From assembly GCF_009914755.1 (NCBI RefSeq), contig NC_060948.1: a DNA stretch of 64,000 bases, one strand, 5' to 3'. The notes under the pieces were generated by a model that did not search any database, had not been told where the DNA came from, and saw only the letters and a program-made list of their open reading frames with translations. The DNA comes from the human T2T-CHM13v2.0 reference genome, Homo sapiens. Position numbers and translations under genes: made by a program. Shown piece by piece: positions 29,844 to 42,344 of the stretch (position 1 is its first letter; each line of letters begins with the position of its first letter).

Positions 29844-30362
29844 GTATGGGAAGGTTGGCTCTATTTCACTTCCACTTCCTGAGATGACCGCCTGGATTAA
29901 CCCACCCTGAATTTCAAAGATTTCCCAGGGCTACTACCGGGGGAGGGGGCATGGGGCAGATGCACTGAGCTTGCAAACCAACTCTCTGAGGGGCAGGGTG
30001 TTCTCACAGTGACTTGGACAGAGATTCCTTCTCCTCAGGACACACCCAGAAGAGGCCGTTGTTTTAGGGTACCTGGGGAACCTATGGCCACGTTCATGGT
30101 GCAGACTAATGCTACTTCATTTCAGGACCCACCCAACAGTGGCCTCAGCTTGGGGACATCTGGAGTCGCATCCACCATGAGGACGAAGCCTCCTTCTCTT
30201 CTGGACCTGCCCAGGAGTGGCCGTTGCTACAAGACCTCTGTTGCTACGTCCAGGGTGAGAATAAAGACTTCTCCTCAGGACTCTCCCAGGAGAAGACATG
30301 GCATTGAGACATCTGGTGGCCAGGTGAGGAAAAGACACCCTGTCTGCAGCACCCAATACTGA
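29844..30362 (+). pseudogene. PRY (PTPN13-like, Y-linked) pseudogene, terminal exon
   Basis: After a CAAG acceptor: YGKVGSISLPLPEMTAWINPP*ISKISQGY, HGADALSLQTNSLRGR and GHVHGAD* match recalled PRY (YGKVGCISLPLREMTAWINPPQISEIFQGY...HGADALSLQTNSLRSR...GHVHEED). The alternate-frame tail resembles the longer PRY-family C-terminus (HGIETSGGQVRKRHPVCSTQ). Stops and frameshifts are present. Confidence 0.87.
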
Positions 30363-30859
30363 TGAGGGGCACTGTCCTGGGCCTTACTTCCCAGTCCTGG
30401 CCTCCACTTCTGACTTTACAAAAGTGTCCCTTGAGTGAGGCAGTGACCACGCATTTTAACGGCTACCAAAGTGTGGTTTGCAGATGATCTGGACTTGTTT
30501 CTGGGGGTAGAGTCTGTTACAGAGAAAGGAGAGGTGCTGAGTGGAGCCACCGTGACAGGCTCTATCAATACTTTTTTTCGTGCTTTAATGACTCATTTTT
30601 CTTAGAGAACTAAAGTATATAGTTGAAACAATATAGAAAAATTTTAAGTAGGCATATTAGAACTCGAATTATTATTTAAATTTAAATATATGATGTATGC
30701 CTGGTTAGCAACATTTTTTCTTTTCCTGAGACAGTCATAGTTTAACTGAGAATGCATTGGTAGTGATAATGAAAATGTCTGTTTTATAAGGATTGACATC
30801 CTACATTAGCTGAGATATACTAACAATATCAAACTTTGATATTATACCATAAAATTAAT

Positions 30860-31477
30860 TGAATTCTGAGCCAAATATGAGTGACAAATGGTCCATGACA
30901 CAGCCCTACTCTGGAGATCCTGAGAACATGTGCTCCAGGTTGTGTATTCACAGCCTACATTTATGCATTTTAGGGAGACATGAGACATCAATCAAACGCA
31001 TGAAGATGTACATTGGTTTGGTCCAGAAAGGACGCACAACTTGAAAATAGCCATGGTGCAGGTCTGGGCTTTCAAGTTACAGGTAGATTTACATATATTT
31101 TACTTGGCAGTTGGCTGAAAGAGTTAAGTTATTATCTAAAAACATGGAATCAGTAGATGGGAATGACTGGGTTACAATAAATAATAAAGGCTGTAGAGAC
31201 CAAGTTTTATCATGATGATGAATCCTCCATGTAGCATGCTTGAGAGAATAAGAGGTAAATATTTCTTATTAGACTTAAGGTATAGGTCGCTGTTAATGAT
31301 GGTCAACTTTTTCTAAAGTTCAAAAGGGAGGAGCGTGTAATGAAGCATGTCGGTCCCTCTTTCCTGTCAGGACCTGAACCAATTTAGGAATGCCCCTGGT
31401 CAAAAGGAGGGCTCTATTCTGATGCCTGTGGTGGGGGCGGGGGAGGAGGGGCAGAAGAGTTATTTTTTTTTTTTACA
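30860..31477 (-). mobile_element. MER4-family LTR
   Basis: TTCTGAGCCAAATATGAGTGAC...TTTTAGGGAGACATGAGACATCAATC...TACATTGGTTTGGTCCAGAAAGG. Confidence 0.78.
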
Positions 31478-31854
31478 AGTGTTTCACTTCTGTTTACAAA
31501 AGTATAACCTTCTAAATTGTTATAAATTATAATTAGTCTAAGACCTAAAAGGGATTTCTTTCATCAAAAAAAAAAAAAAAAAAATAGAACATTAAAAAAC
31601 CTAAGCCACGACACCTTGCCAGATTATTTTTTTCTTTCTGTTTCTACAGTTGCCAAGGATGCTTTGCTTATAAGTCATATAGTTGACTCATTGACCATCT
31701 GGGTATAGTTCTGTTGCTTCTTCCAAAATTGTACCTAGTAACCTTCAAAAATTGTTATGAAAAAGTGTCTTAAATTGTAGAAATAAACAAAATGAAAAGA
31801 CACTTTTAAACAATGCTGGGATTTATCAAATGACAGAAGAAATTTCTACTGTTT

Positions 31855-32105
31855 TTTTTTCTTTTTGAGACAGGGTCTCACTGTGTGGCCCAGCCTGGAG
31901 TGCAGAAGTGCCGTCATGGCTCACTGCAGCTTCTAACTGCCTAGCTCAATTAATCCTCTGTCTTAGCCTCAGTCACCATGTCTGGCTAACTTTTTGTATT
32001 TTTAGCAGAGACAAAGGTTTGCCATGTTGCCTGGGCATGTCTCAAACACCTGGAATCACAAGATTTGCCTGCATTGGCCTCCAAAAGTGCTGAGATTATA
32101 GGCAT
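31855..32105 (-). mobile_element. Diverged Alu
   Basis: GAGACAGGGTCTCACTGTGTGGCCCAGCCTGGAGTGCAG. Confidence 0.8.
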
Positions 32106-32196
32106 TGATAAGACATTTATGTTAGGGTTAGATAAAAATCAATATTTTGGCTAAGTTATGAAGATGCATATAATGCAATTATTAATTTATGCCTAA

Positions 32197-32528
<332 letters not shown>

Positions 32529-32809
32529 TAAAATCATACTCAAGGCATAAGGCAAAACCACTTATGAACTGGCATATTTGTTTATTTCTCTGTGAAAATG
32601 TCCTTAGTTTGTTCACAGTACAAAAAAAATTCAATTATGTTATGCAAAAAACAGAAGAGAATCTTCTTTGCAATTAATTTTATAGTTACCTTGATACAGG
32701 GAATGTACTATCTATAAAAAATAAATGTTAACTGAACTACAGTTAGTTAAACACTGAAAAAAATTAAGTTTATTATATTTTATTTTATCCTATCAATTAA
32801 TTGTATTTA

Positions 32810-33143
32810 TATACAATCTAGAAAGTTACAGCCATCAACAGTTCTAATGCAGTTTCAGGTGAAATGGGAATTTGGAAATCTCTGTGGAGCTTTAGGTGTA
32901 GTGAAATATTTAGGTAAAATATGTGCATGCTTTTGGCAGCACTTGTGAAGGGATGTCTCTCAAATTGACCTCAATACTTTCCTTCTCAGCAAAATGACCT
33001 GGGCCACTCAACATGGCTTTCATTGTTGTTGATGTTCGTGCATGTTCGCCTTTTACCATAAATTTTTGACTCTGAAGATATCCATTTGACATCGTGGCTT
33101 TAGGGCTTTCAAAACCACTGTAGGTTTTCTACTCTTCATCCAC
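32810..33143 (-). pseudogene. Elongin C (ELOC/TCEB1) processed pseudogene
   Basis: [51 protein letters not shown] matches Elongin [52 protein letters not shown]. Intronless, start codon mutated to GTG, internal stops; UTR-like flanks extend on both sides. Confidence 0.92.
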
Positions 33144-33549
33144 CACGTACTTACATAATTCTACTTTGATTCCCCAGGAACTTGACTACTTTCTGGTTAG
33201 CCCTATGGCCAGTGCAGCCCAGCTCCCAGTGTAGCAGCACTGACTCGACTCCAGGGCTATCCCCCACACCCAGCTTGTGGCTCCTATGGGTTCCAGGGAA
33301 GTTGGAAGACAGGCTGCTTGTTGTTTTCACAAATAAAATTGTTGTATTAATTTCATTTTCATATGGTTTATTACTAGTGTACAGAAGTAGATTTTATTAT
33401 ATTGATATTTTATAATGTATGTTTGTTTAGTTTGTTTACCAGATGTCATGATTTCTTGTTGGTTTCTTATGATTTCTTTATAGGAGATCATAAGACCCAA
33501 GGGTAGATAGTTTTACTTTTTTTATTTTTATTTTTCCACATATGAATGG

Positions 33550-33790
33550 CCAAAACAATTGGAAATATATACATATTTTGCTAGAATATCCATCCAAAAC
33601 AATTGGAAAAATATATATTCACATATATATTTATATATAAATATCTATATGTAAAAATATATATAATAATATATGTGCATATAAATATTTGTATATGTAT
33701 ATATGTGTATATATAAATATTTATATGCACATATACTACATATATCATATATATATATATATTTCCAATTGTTTTGGATGGAAATTCTAG
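33550..33790. repeat. AT-rich microsatellite bracketed by inverted repeats
   Basis: 33581-33609 is the reverse complement of 33762-33790 (1 mismatch); 33671-33690 is the exact reverse complement of 33715-33734. Confidence 0.85.
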
Positions 33791-34279
33791 TACAGTGTAG
33801 AATACAGTGATGAAATTTAGCATCAATGCTTTGTTCCTCATCTTAAACTTTGATTCCCAACAATTCAGATGCTGATTGTTACAGGTTTTGCACAAAGACG
33901 TGTTATGTGAAAGAAATTTGAAGCACAGTTTATTGGATGTTGTTATCATTAAACACGTTGACTAACTTTAAGTATTTTCCATAACAGTTGAGATAAACAT
34001 GTACTGTTTTCCCATGATTTAGTTTACATGGTATATTGAAAAGGGATGGCTTCAGAATGTTGAAAAACCCTCAATTTTCAAAACAAACAAACAAACAAAC
34101 AAACAAACAGAAAAATCTTAATCATTGAGGTGCATAATGTCTTCCCCATGTAGCAAATTTCAGGTACTAGTTTTTGGTTAAACATTATAATGACTTTAAT
34201 TGTCATATTTCTTAACATTTAGTGTTTTGTCCTAGTGATATCATCTGTTTAATTCAATTTTCAATTGGAATTAATGAGA

Positions 34280-37135
34280 GGTAAGGTTTAGTGTACTCTT
34301 AAGGGCATTAGGGGTTAGAGGATAGAGTCAAAGGTTATATATTTAAAATTATTTTGAAGGGTGATATGGTAATACTAAGGATGGGAGAGAAGTTTGGGAT
34401 TAGGAATAGGGGTTTACAATTGCAGAAAAAAGGTTAGATTGAGGGTTAGGTCTGGGGTTGACTTAAAGGTTCGTGTGGTGGTAGGATTAGGGTTATGGTT
34501 AGGATTAGAATTTGGGACCGTTGTCGAGGTTAAGGTAACGTTTAGGGCTAGAGTTAGAATCAGGATTAGAAGTTAGGTTTGGGTCAGGTTATGCTTAGGC
34601 TTAGGGTAAGAGATAGGCTTACAGTTAGATGTTGGGGTTAGTGGAGGGTTAGGTTCTGGGTTAACTCCATGGTGAGGGTTATGGTTAGTGCTAAGGGTGA
34701 GAACTAAGGCGACAGTAAGGGTTAGGGTAAGAGGGTTAGTGTATTAGCGTTAGGGTTTGGTTTACTGTTGGTGTTAGGATAAGAATAAGGATTTGGTTTA
34801 GGGTTTAGAGTTCAGGTCCTGGTTAGGGTTTCAGGTTAGCATTAGGGTTAGTGTTTAGGGTTCAGTGTTAGTTTTAGGGTTATTGTTTAGCACTTAGGTT
34901 TAGGTTTAGGGTTGGTTGAGGGTTAGGATAAGGGGTTAGGGTTTGGCATAGTGTTAGAGTTTAGAACTCTAGGATAAGGGGTTAGGGTTAGGTTTAGGGT
35001 TGGGTTAGGTTAAGGGTTAGAGCTTAAGGTTAATGTTGGGACTGGATTTATTGTATAGGATCATAGTTTGGATTTAGATTTTAGTGTTAAAGCTAGGGTC
35101 AGATTACTGTTTGGGTTACGTGTTTGGGTTAGGGTTTATGATTAGGCTAAAATCAATGTTTAGTATTAGGTTTAATATCAGGGTTTAGGGTATGGCTAGG
35201 GTTAGTGTTCTAGGTTATTTGGGTTAGGATTAGTGTTAGGGCTTTTGGGAGTTAAGGTTAGTGTTAGGGGTTACATTTAGGTCTAGGATTAGGTTTACAT
35301 TTTAGTGTTTGTGTTATGGTTATGATTAGTTGTGAAAATAGGGGTGGGTGTAATATTTTGGGTTAACTTTAGGTTTAGGATTAGGTTTACATCTTAGTGT
35401 TTGTGTTATGGTTATGATTAGTTGTGAAAATAGGGGTGGGTGTAATATTTTGGGTTAACTTTAGGTTTAGGTTTACTGGTAGAGGTTTTAGCTTAGGGTT
35501 AGTGTTAATTGTGAGGGCTAGGTTGAGGGTTTAGTGTGTATGCTTAGGTTTAATGTTAGGTTTTGTGTTAGCATTGATTCCTACTTTTAGTTTCAGGATT
35601 ATGGTGATGTTTATGTTAAGATTATGGTTAGGTTTATTTTTTAAGCTGATGGCTTTGGTTAGGGATAGTGTTAGGTTTTGGGTTGAGTTGCGGTTGGAGT
35701 ATGCATAGGGTTAGGGTTAGTGTTAGTGTTACAGGATAGGGCTATGGTTAGCGATTAGGTTTAGGGTTAATGGGTTAGGGTTATGGCATAGGTTTAATGT
35801 TAAACTTAGTGGTTAGGGTGAAGCTTAGTTTTAGGCTTTAATTAGCGTTAAGGTCAGCATCTGGGTTCAGCATTACATGTTAGAGTTTAGGTTAGGTTTT
35901 ATTGTTATGGATTAGTCTTTAGGGTTGTTGTCAGCTTTAGGATTTTGGAATTAGTGGTTGTGTTTGTTTGCAGTTGGTGGTGTGTTTGCATTTAGGGTCA
36001 AGGTCAGAATTAGAGCTTAGGGTTAGGTTTAGCATTAGGCTTGCGTTAAGGATTAGGGTTACATGTTAGTATTTAAGATTAGGGTTTTGGTTGGGTGAGT
36101 GTTAGTGTTTGGTTTCAGTGTTTAGAGTTATGGCTGGCATTGCAGATGGTTTAGGGTTACAGTTAAGGTTTTAGGTTTGGGGTTAGGAATTGGGTTTCCA
36201 TTAGGGTTATGGTTAAGGATTAGGTTTGTAGTTAGGGTTGGTGTAGCGTTGGTGTAGGTTATGTTTGGGATTATGGTTTATTACTAGGGTTTAGGTTTGT
36301 GTATCTGTGTTTGGGTTAAGTTTGGTGTTTTGGTTAGTTTTATAGTGCTAGGCTTAGAATTATAGGGCTAGTTTTTCAGTTAGGGTTTGGGTGAGGTAAT
36401 GGTAGTGGTAGGGTTATAGTTTAGCATTAGAGTTAGGGTTTTTTGTGTTAGGGTTTGAGTTTTTTTTTGTTTTGGTTAAGGTCGGCTCAGCACTACTTTT
36501 GCATCAGTGTCAGTGTCATGTTTAGGGTTATGGGTTGGAATTGGGTTTAGTGTTATGGCTTAAGGTCTGGGTTGTTTTTGGCATTGGGGTTAAAGTTAGG
36601 GTTATGGTTGGGGTTGCGTTTGATGTTGTGGGTTAGAGTTAGGGTTAGTGTTAGTGTCAGTGTTTTAAGGATAGGGTTATGGTCAATGAATTGTTAGAAT
36701 TAGGGTTAGGGGGTAGAAGTTTGGATTAGGGATATTGGTTAGATGTTGGACTTACATTTTTAAGGTTAGAGTTTTAGTTTTATGGTTACAATTAAGGTTG
36801 CTTTTAGGGTTAGTTTTGAAGGTAGCTTTTGGGGTTAGAGTTAGAGTTGGGATTAGTGTTCAGAGTTTACAGTTAGTGTTCGATTTAGGGTTTGGTTTAG
36901 TATTTAGGTTAGGGTTTTGGTGAGTGTTATGGTTTAGGGTAGATTCAGGGTTTTAGTAGGTTTAGGTTTAGTGGTAGGTGTATGTTTAGGGTTATAAGTA
37001 GGGGTAGAGTTACATTTAGGGTTAGGGATATGTTTTGTTAATGGTGCAGGTTGGGTTTATGTGAGGATTAGGATTAGGGCTTGAGGGTTATTGTTAGTGT
37101 TTCAGCATTAGTATTAGGGGTCATTTTTAGGTTTA
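34280..37135 (+). repeat. Degenerate interstitial telomere-like (TTAGGG)n array, ~2.9 kb
   Basis: Dense GGTTAG/GGGTTA/TTAGGG and variants (TTAGTG, TTAGGA, TTTAGG) with a strong G/T excess and C depletion on the + strand. Confidence 0.9.
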
Positions 37136-37152
37136 CACATCTTTTTCTTTTT

Positions 37153-38045
37153 CAGCCATCTCCACCCATGGACCAACCAGCCCATTCTCTCTGCCCATGT
37201 GCATTCTGAGGTCCATATATATTCCATACTTATTTAGGTTATTTATTTAATTACATATGTATTTATTTATATTTGTATTTATTTATTTTTACTTGTATTG
37301 ATTTATTTTTATTTTGTTTTTTTTGGAGATGGAGTTTCGCTCTTGTTGCCGTGGCTGGAGTACTATGGTGTGACCTCGGCTCACTGCAACCTCTGCCTCC
37401 CAGGTTCAAGCGATTGTCTTGCCTCAGCTGCTGAGTAGCTGGGACTAAAGGCATGCACCATCACATCTGTCTAATTTTGTATATTTATTAGAGACAGGGT
37501 TTCTCCATGTTGGTCAGGCTGGTCTCGAACTTTCAACCTCAACCTGACTTAACGTAGATTTACCAAGTGTGTGCCACCTCTCCGCTGTGAGGTGTACACT
37601 TATTGGGATTGCATGGCTGCAAATAGATAGGTCTCCTCCAAACTTAAAGCTGCAGATGCATTTCAACAACATTCCTGCAGATAGAAGCTACCCACTCTGA
37701 AACTTCTCTCCACTGAGGACTTCAGAGATGTTTTAACAACCTACTTTTCCACTGAAGCTGGTCACTATTGGTTCTGTCTTCAGTGAGTGTTGCACAGATG
37801 CAGGTATGTCCTGTTTTTGAAATGGAGTTACCTGCTTTCTGTCTCCTGAGAGCTGTACTTTCACTCAATGAAGCATCTATTTACCTTGATTATTCTCCTG
37901 TTGTTCACATACCTCATTGTGCCTGGATATGTGTCAAGAACTCAGGACCCACTTAATGGTGAACCCGAAAGATTGCTAACAGAAACAGCGCCGAAACACA
38001 CAAACCCACACTTACCACATTCTCGGTTACAGGGATAAAACAAAA
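37153..38045 (+). mobile_element. MER52-like LTR fragments interrupted by a minus-strand Alu (~37320-37540)
   Basis: CCCATGGACCAACCAGC, GCTACCCACTCTG, CTCCTGAGAGCTGT and TACCTCATTGTGCCTGGATATG...AAGAACTCAGGACC. Confidence 0.65.
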
Positions 38046-39245
38046 AAGGATAGAAGAGGTTCAGGTAAATTATGGGTGATTTATCAGTTTAATTTTGATG
38101 AAATCATATGTACATTAAATTTTTAAAATATATCTTTAAAATACATAATTTATTTGATGGGCAATATTTAAACAATAGTAATATTTTAGCTGTCTTTCTC
38201 GGTCATTTTTATTATTATTATCCTAATAGGAAAAGGTTAAAATTGTCACAGCAGAGACAGGCACTATATTATTGATCTCTTAAGGTGTCATTAACTTCTT
38301 AATATAAGACAATTTATAATCTATATAATCAAAATATAAAAATGAAGTCATCTCTTTGATTTAAAAGTTCTCAGATGAAGCAATTGTCAAGTACATATTT
38401 TTATCTCTATGGATATTTTAAGGCAACTCTAAATATTTTTTAAAAATATGACCAGGGCACTGTTATCACACATAATACAAATTAGTTTACAAGCTTGGGA
38501 AAAGGGGCAGAACCCTGTCCTTACAAAAAAATACAAAAATTATTCAAGTGTCGTGATATCAGCCTTGTAGTATCAGCTACTTGGAAAGATAAAATACCAT
38601 TTCATTTGTTAACTTTTGATATTTGTTTACACTTTCTTCATTACATTGTTCAAGTTAGAGTAGTTCATCAATGATGTCTTTTAGTTTGTAGAGCAACATT
38701 TATCTTTGAGATTTTGTATAATAGTCACCTCAAAAGTCAACATTTTCATCATCAAATAAACATTTTTATTATCAAATGAATATTTTAGTCACTGACAAAA
38801 AAGTACTGCTTCCTAGTCCTGCAAGAAAATATATTTATATGATATACTTATATGTAAATACATAATATATAACTCTATATAATATACATATATGTTTTGC
38901 AAGCCTGAATGTAATCATAATTTTTGAGCCTTTTACAAAAGTGACCAATAACACTTGGTCCGTTTTTAGATTTGAAAATGTTCAATTGGGCCAGGCTTAG
39001 TCATGCACACTGATAGCCTTAGCACTTTGGGAAGCCAAGGCAGGTAGATTACTTGATCTCAGGAGTTAAAAAAAAAAGCCTGAGGCACATGCTGATATCC
39101 CATCATTACTAAGATGCAGTAGAATGGCTGAATGTTATGGTCTGCACAAGTAATCTCATCTACCTTTGACACTGAGGTGAAAACATCCCCTGAGCTGTAA
39201 TTGTTTTGCTACTCTGCAGACTGAGTAATGAAGAGAACACATGCC

Positions 39246-39300
39246 ACACACACACACACAAAACTTACACACACAACCACACACACACACACACACACAC
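39246..39300. repeat. (CA)n microsatellite
   Basis: Direct inspection. Confidence 0.85.
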
Positions 39301-39810
39301 AGAGAAAAAAATGGCTTAATAACATCTTAATTTTTTTTTCCTTTGTTTCACTCATTTTATCAAGGCCACATTTGTGGCATGTATGGTAATAAAACACTGT
39401 TGCACAACTTTTTATTATATGATGTAGTACATAGCTCTTTCTAGTTTATAGAAGAAGCTGCACCCCTTCATAAGAGTTTACTGTTCTTTCAAGAAGGTAG
39501 TTCTTAGATAGCTCAGAGACAGGAAGAAAAAGGGATCTTCTGATTTCTGGGCTGCCTTCTGTTTCACTCACAGCAGTTCCACTTCTATGTACTAGAATAT
39601 CACTTAGATTTCTTTTAAAAGTCATTAGTGCACCAGTAATGCACTGACTTCCCATTATAACTTTCAGTATAAGTTTCTAAATTTCATAGCTAAACTGTAA
39701 GCCTACGTTATGAGTATGATTTGCATATATAATTCTAATTTACATATTTCAGTTCTTTATCCTCACATATCCCTCACTCTTGTTTTTTCTTGTGTCAACA
39801 ATTTATTTTC

Positions 39811-40655
39811 TTTCTTTTTTTTTTTTTGCAATCCTTCTTTGAGAATTTATTTCATCTCTCTTCTTTTTTTTATTATTATTATACTTTAAGTTTTAGGGTA
39901 CATGTGCACAATGTTCAGGTTAGTTACATATGTATACATGTGCCATGCTTGTGTGCTGCACCCATTAACTCGTCATTTAGCATTAGGTATATCTCCTAAT
40001 GCTATCCCTCCCCCCCTCCCCCCCTCCCCCCACCCCACAACAGTCCCCAGAGTGTGATATTCCCCTTCCTGTGTCCATGCATTCCCACATTGTTCAATTC
40101 CCATCTGTGAGTGAGAACATGCGGTGTTTGGTTTTTTGTCCTTGCGATAGTTTACTGAGAATGATGATTTCCAATTTCATCCATGTCCCTACGAAGGACA
40201 TGAACTCATCATATTTTATGGCTGCATAGTATTCCATGGTGTATATGTGCCACATTTTCTTAATCCAGTCTATCATTGTTGGACATTAGGGTTGGTTCCA
40301 AGTCTTTGCTATTGTGAATAGTGCCGCAATAAACATACGTGTGCATGTGTCTTTATAGCAGCATGACTTAGACATTTATGCAGCCAAAAGACACATGAAA
40401 AAATGCTCATCATCACTGGCCATCAAAGAAATGCAAATCAAAACCACAACGAGATACCATCTCACACCAGTTAGAATGGCAATCATTAAAAAGTCAGGAA
40501 ACAACAGGTGCTGGAGAGGATGTGGAGAAATAGGGACACTTTTACACTGTTGGTGGGACTGTAAACTAGTTCAACCATTGTGGAAGTCAGTGTGGCGATT
40601 CCTCAGGGATCTAGAACTAGAAATACCATTTGACCCAGCCATCACATTACTGGGT
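39811..40655 (-). mobile_element. Young L1PA insertion, 5'-truncated and inverted, with a short 3' transduction
   Basis: Antisense L1 3' end at ~39864-40369 and a sense ORF2 piece at ~40370-40655 ([17 protein letters not shown]...[15 protein letters not shown]). TSD AACAA(T/G)TTATTTTC at 39797-39810 and 40656-40669. Confidence 0.92.
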
Positions 40656-40814
40656 AACAAGTTATTTTCATTAGTTTTCTCTATTCAAAACACTCCTTTT
40701 TCTGCAATCTAGTCAATGTTTCTGTTCTTGTTCTTTGAACTTATAATAATACTTTGAGCTTCTGTCTTCAAAACTTTCACTCAAAAATTTATGTGTGCGT
40801 ACATCTACGTGTGA

Positions 40815-41325
40815 TTATTTGCAACAGTTTGGCACCAGGGATGGGTTTTGTGAAGACAAGATTTTTCATGACCTGGCGTTGTGGAGACAGTTTTGGAAAG
40901 ATTCAAGTGCCCCGCATTGTTTTTTTGCTTTATTACTGTTATTATTACATTATAATATTTAATGAAATAATTATACAATTCACCATAATGTAGAATCAGT
41001 GGGAGCCCTGAACTTATTTTCCTGCAGCTAGATTGTTTTCTCTGTGGGTGATGGGAGACAGTTACGGGTGATCAGTTTTTTGATTGTTATAAAGAGTGCA
41101 AAAGCTAAATTTCCTGCATGTGCAGTTAATAGTTGTGCTCTCACTTCTATAAAAATCTGATGCTGCCACTGAACTTACAGAAAGTGGATCTCAGGCAGTA
41201 ATATGCACCATACATAGTGGTTTAAATAGAGATAAAGCTTCCGTACTTGTTCACCGCTCACCTGCTGATGTGTAGCCCAGTTCCTAAGAAGACACAGATG
41301 AATACTGGTTGAGGAAACCCCAACT
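40815..41325 (+). mobile_element. MER1A-like hAT DNA transposon fossil
   Basis: TTTGGCACCAGGGATGGGTTTTGTGAAGAC...ACCATAATGTAGAATCAGTGGGAGCCCTGA...CACCTGCTGATGTGTAGCCCAGTTCCTAA. Confidence 0.8.
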
Positions 41326-41465
41326 GAAGCCAAAGAGTTTGAGACCATAGTGAACTGGAATTGTGCCGTGCATTTTAGCTTCAGTGACAAGGAAATAACC
41401 TGTCCTCACAGGAAAAAGAAGTAAAGAATATATTTTATAATTTGTATTTTAAATACTATCTTTTG

Positions 41466-41595
41466 ATACAAACGTGAGAAATCTTTTACAACTTTAAATG
41501 GGGACATTAACAGTCATCAAAATGTTCTTGATTCTTGGGAATAGGATATCAAATGGAAGGTGCAAATGCACATCATTGTAAAATGTGATAAAAAG
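41466..41595 (+). pseudogene. USP9Y pseudogene exon (catalytic domain, zinc-finger region)
   Basis: YKREKSFTTLNGDINSHQNVLDSWE*DIK..EGANAHHC..CDKK matches USP9 [47 protein letters not shown]. Confidence 0.85.
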
Positions 41596-42344
41596 TACGT
41601 TTTTTTCAGCTTTGAAAAAAAAAATTATCTCTTTGAACACAACCAGAAGACATTAGAAGTGTTTGTGCTCATGCAAAAAATTAACTTCTGCTTTCTCTTT
41701 ACTCTTTTAGTGGTATCAGAGAGGTAGTCAAGATGATAACTTGTTTAAAGGGAAATGCTATTGACAAAATAGAGTGACTGACTAGGGAAAAAAAGTGATT
41801 CTTACTAGGTTAATAATTTTGGATGTAAAATAATCTCCCAGATTGCTTTCATCCCTACTCTAAAATAAATTGCAATTTAATGATTGAATCTTGAAGAGTT
41901 GACAGAAGAAAGCATTTTTCTCTTTCTAGTATAGATACATCTATACTATAAGCAAAAACTTATAAGTCTAAAAGCGAAAAACTTCCTTAATTTTATGGGG
42001 TTACAACAAATTTTAACAACCACTTGTTTCACAAACAGATTTCTTTCTTTAGGCCTAACCAGCTAATTTTATTTCTCTGCAATTTGATTGGGAGATGTAA
42101 TGGTAAAATATATTTGAAGATATTATATGTTAAATAACATGTATGTCTTTCTTGACCTTCATAACATCTGACCTCCAAGCTGCCTGCATTATTTCGCACT
42201 TACCTGCCATTTAAATTGTGGTTTATTTTTAACATCATACTGCTTGCTATTTACACCTCTGAGACTTGAAACAATTGCTTTTCACCCTACCTGCCACTCA
42301 ATCCACACCTTTTAAATTAATTATATATAGGTTTTACCTTTTTA

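Noticed and set aside
34280-37135. Telomere-telomere fusion site, and the Val/Gly/Arg-rich ORFs within it
   Set aside because: No switch to CCCTAA orientation; the ORFs are by-products of the hexamer repeat.
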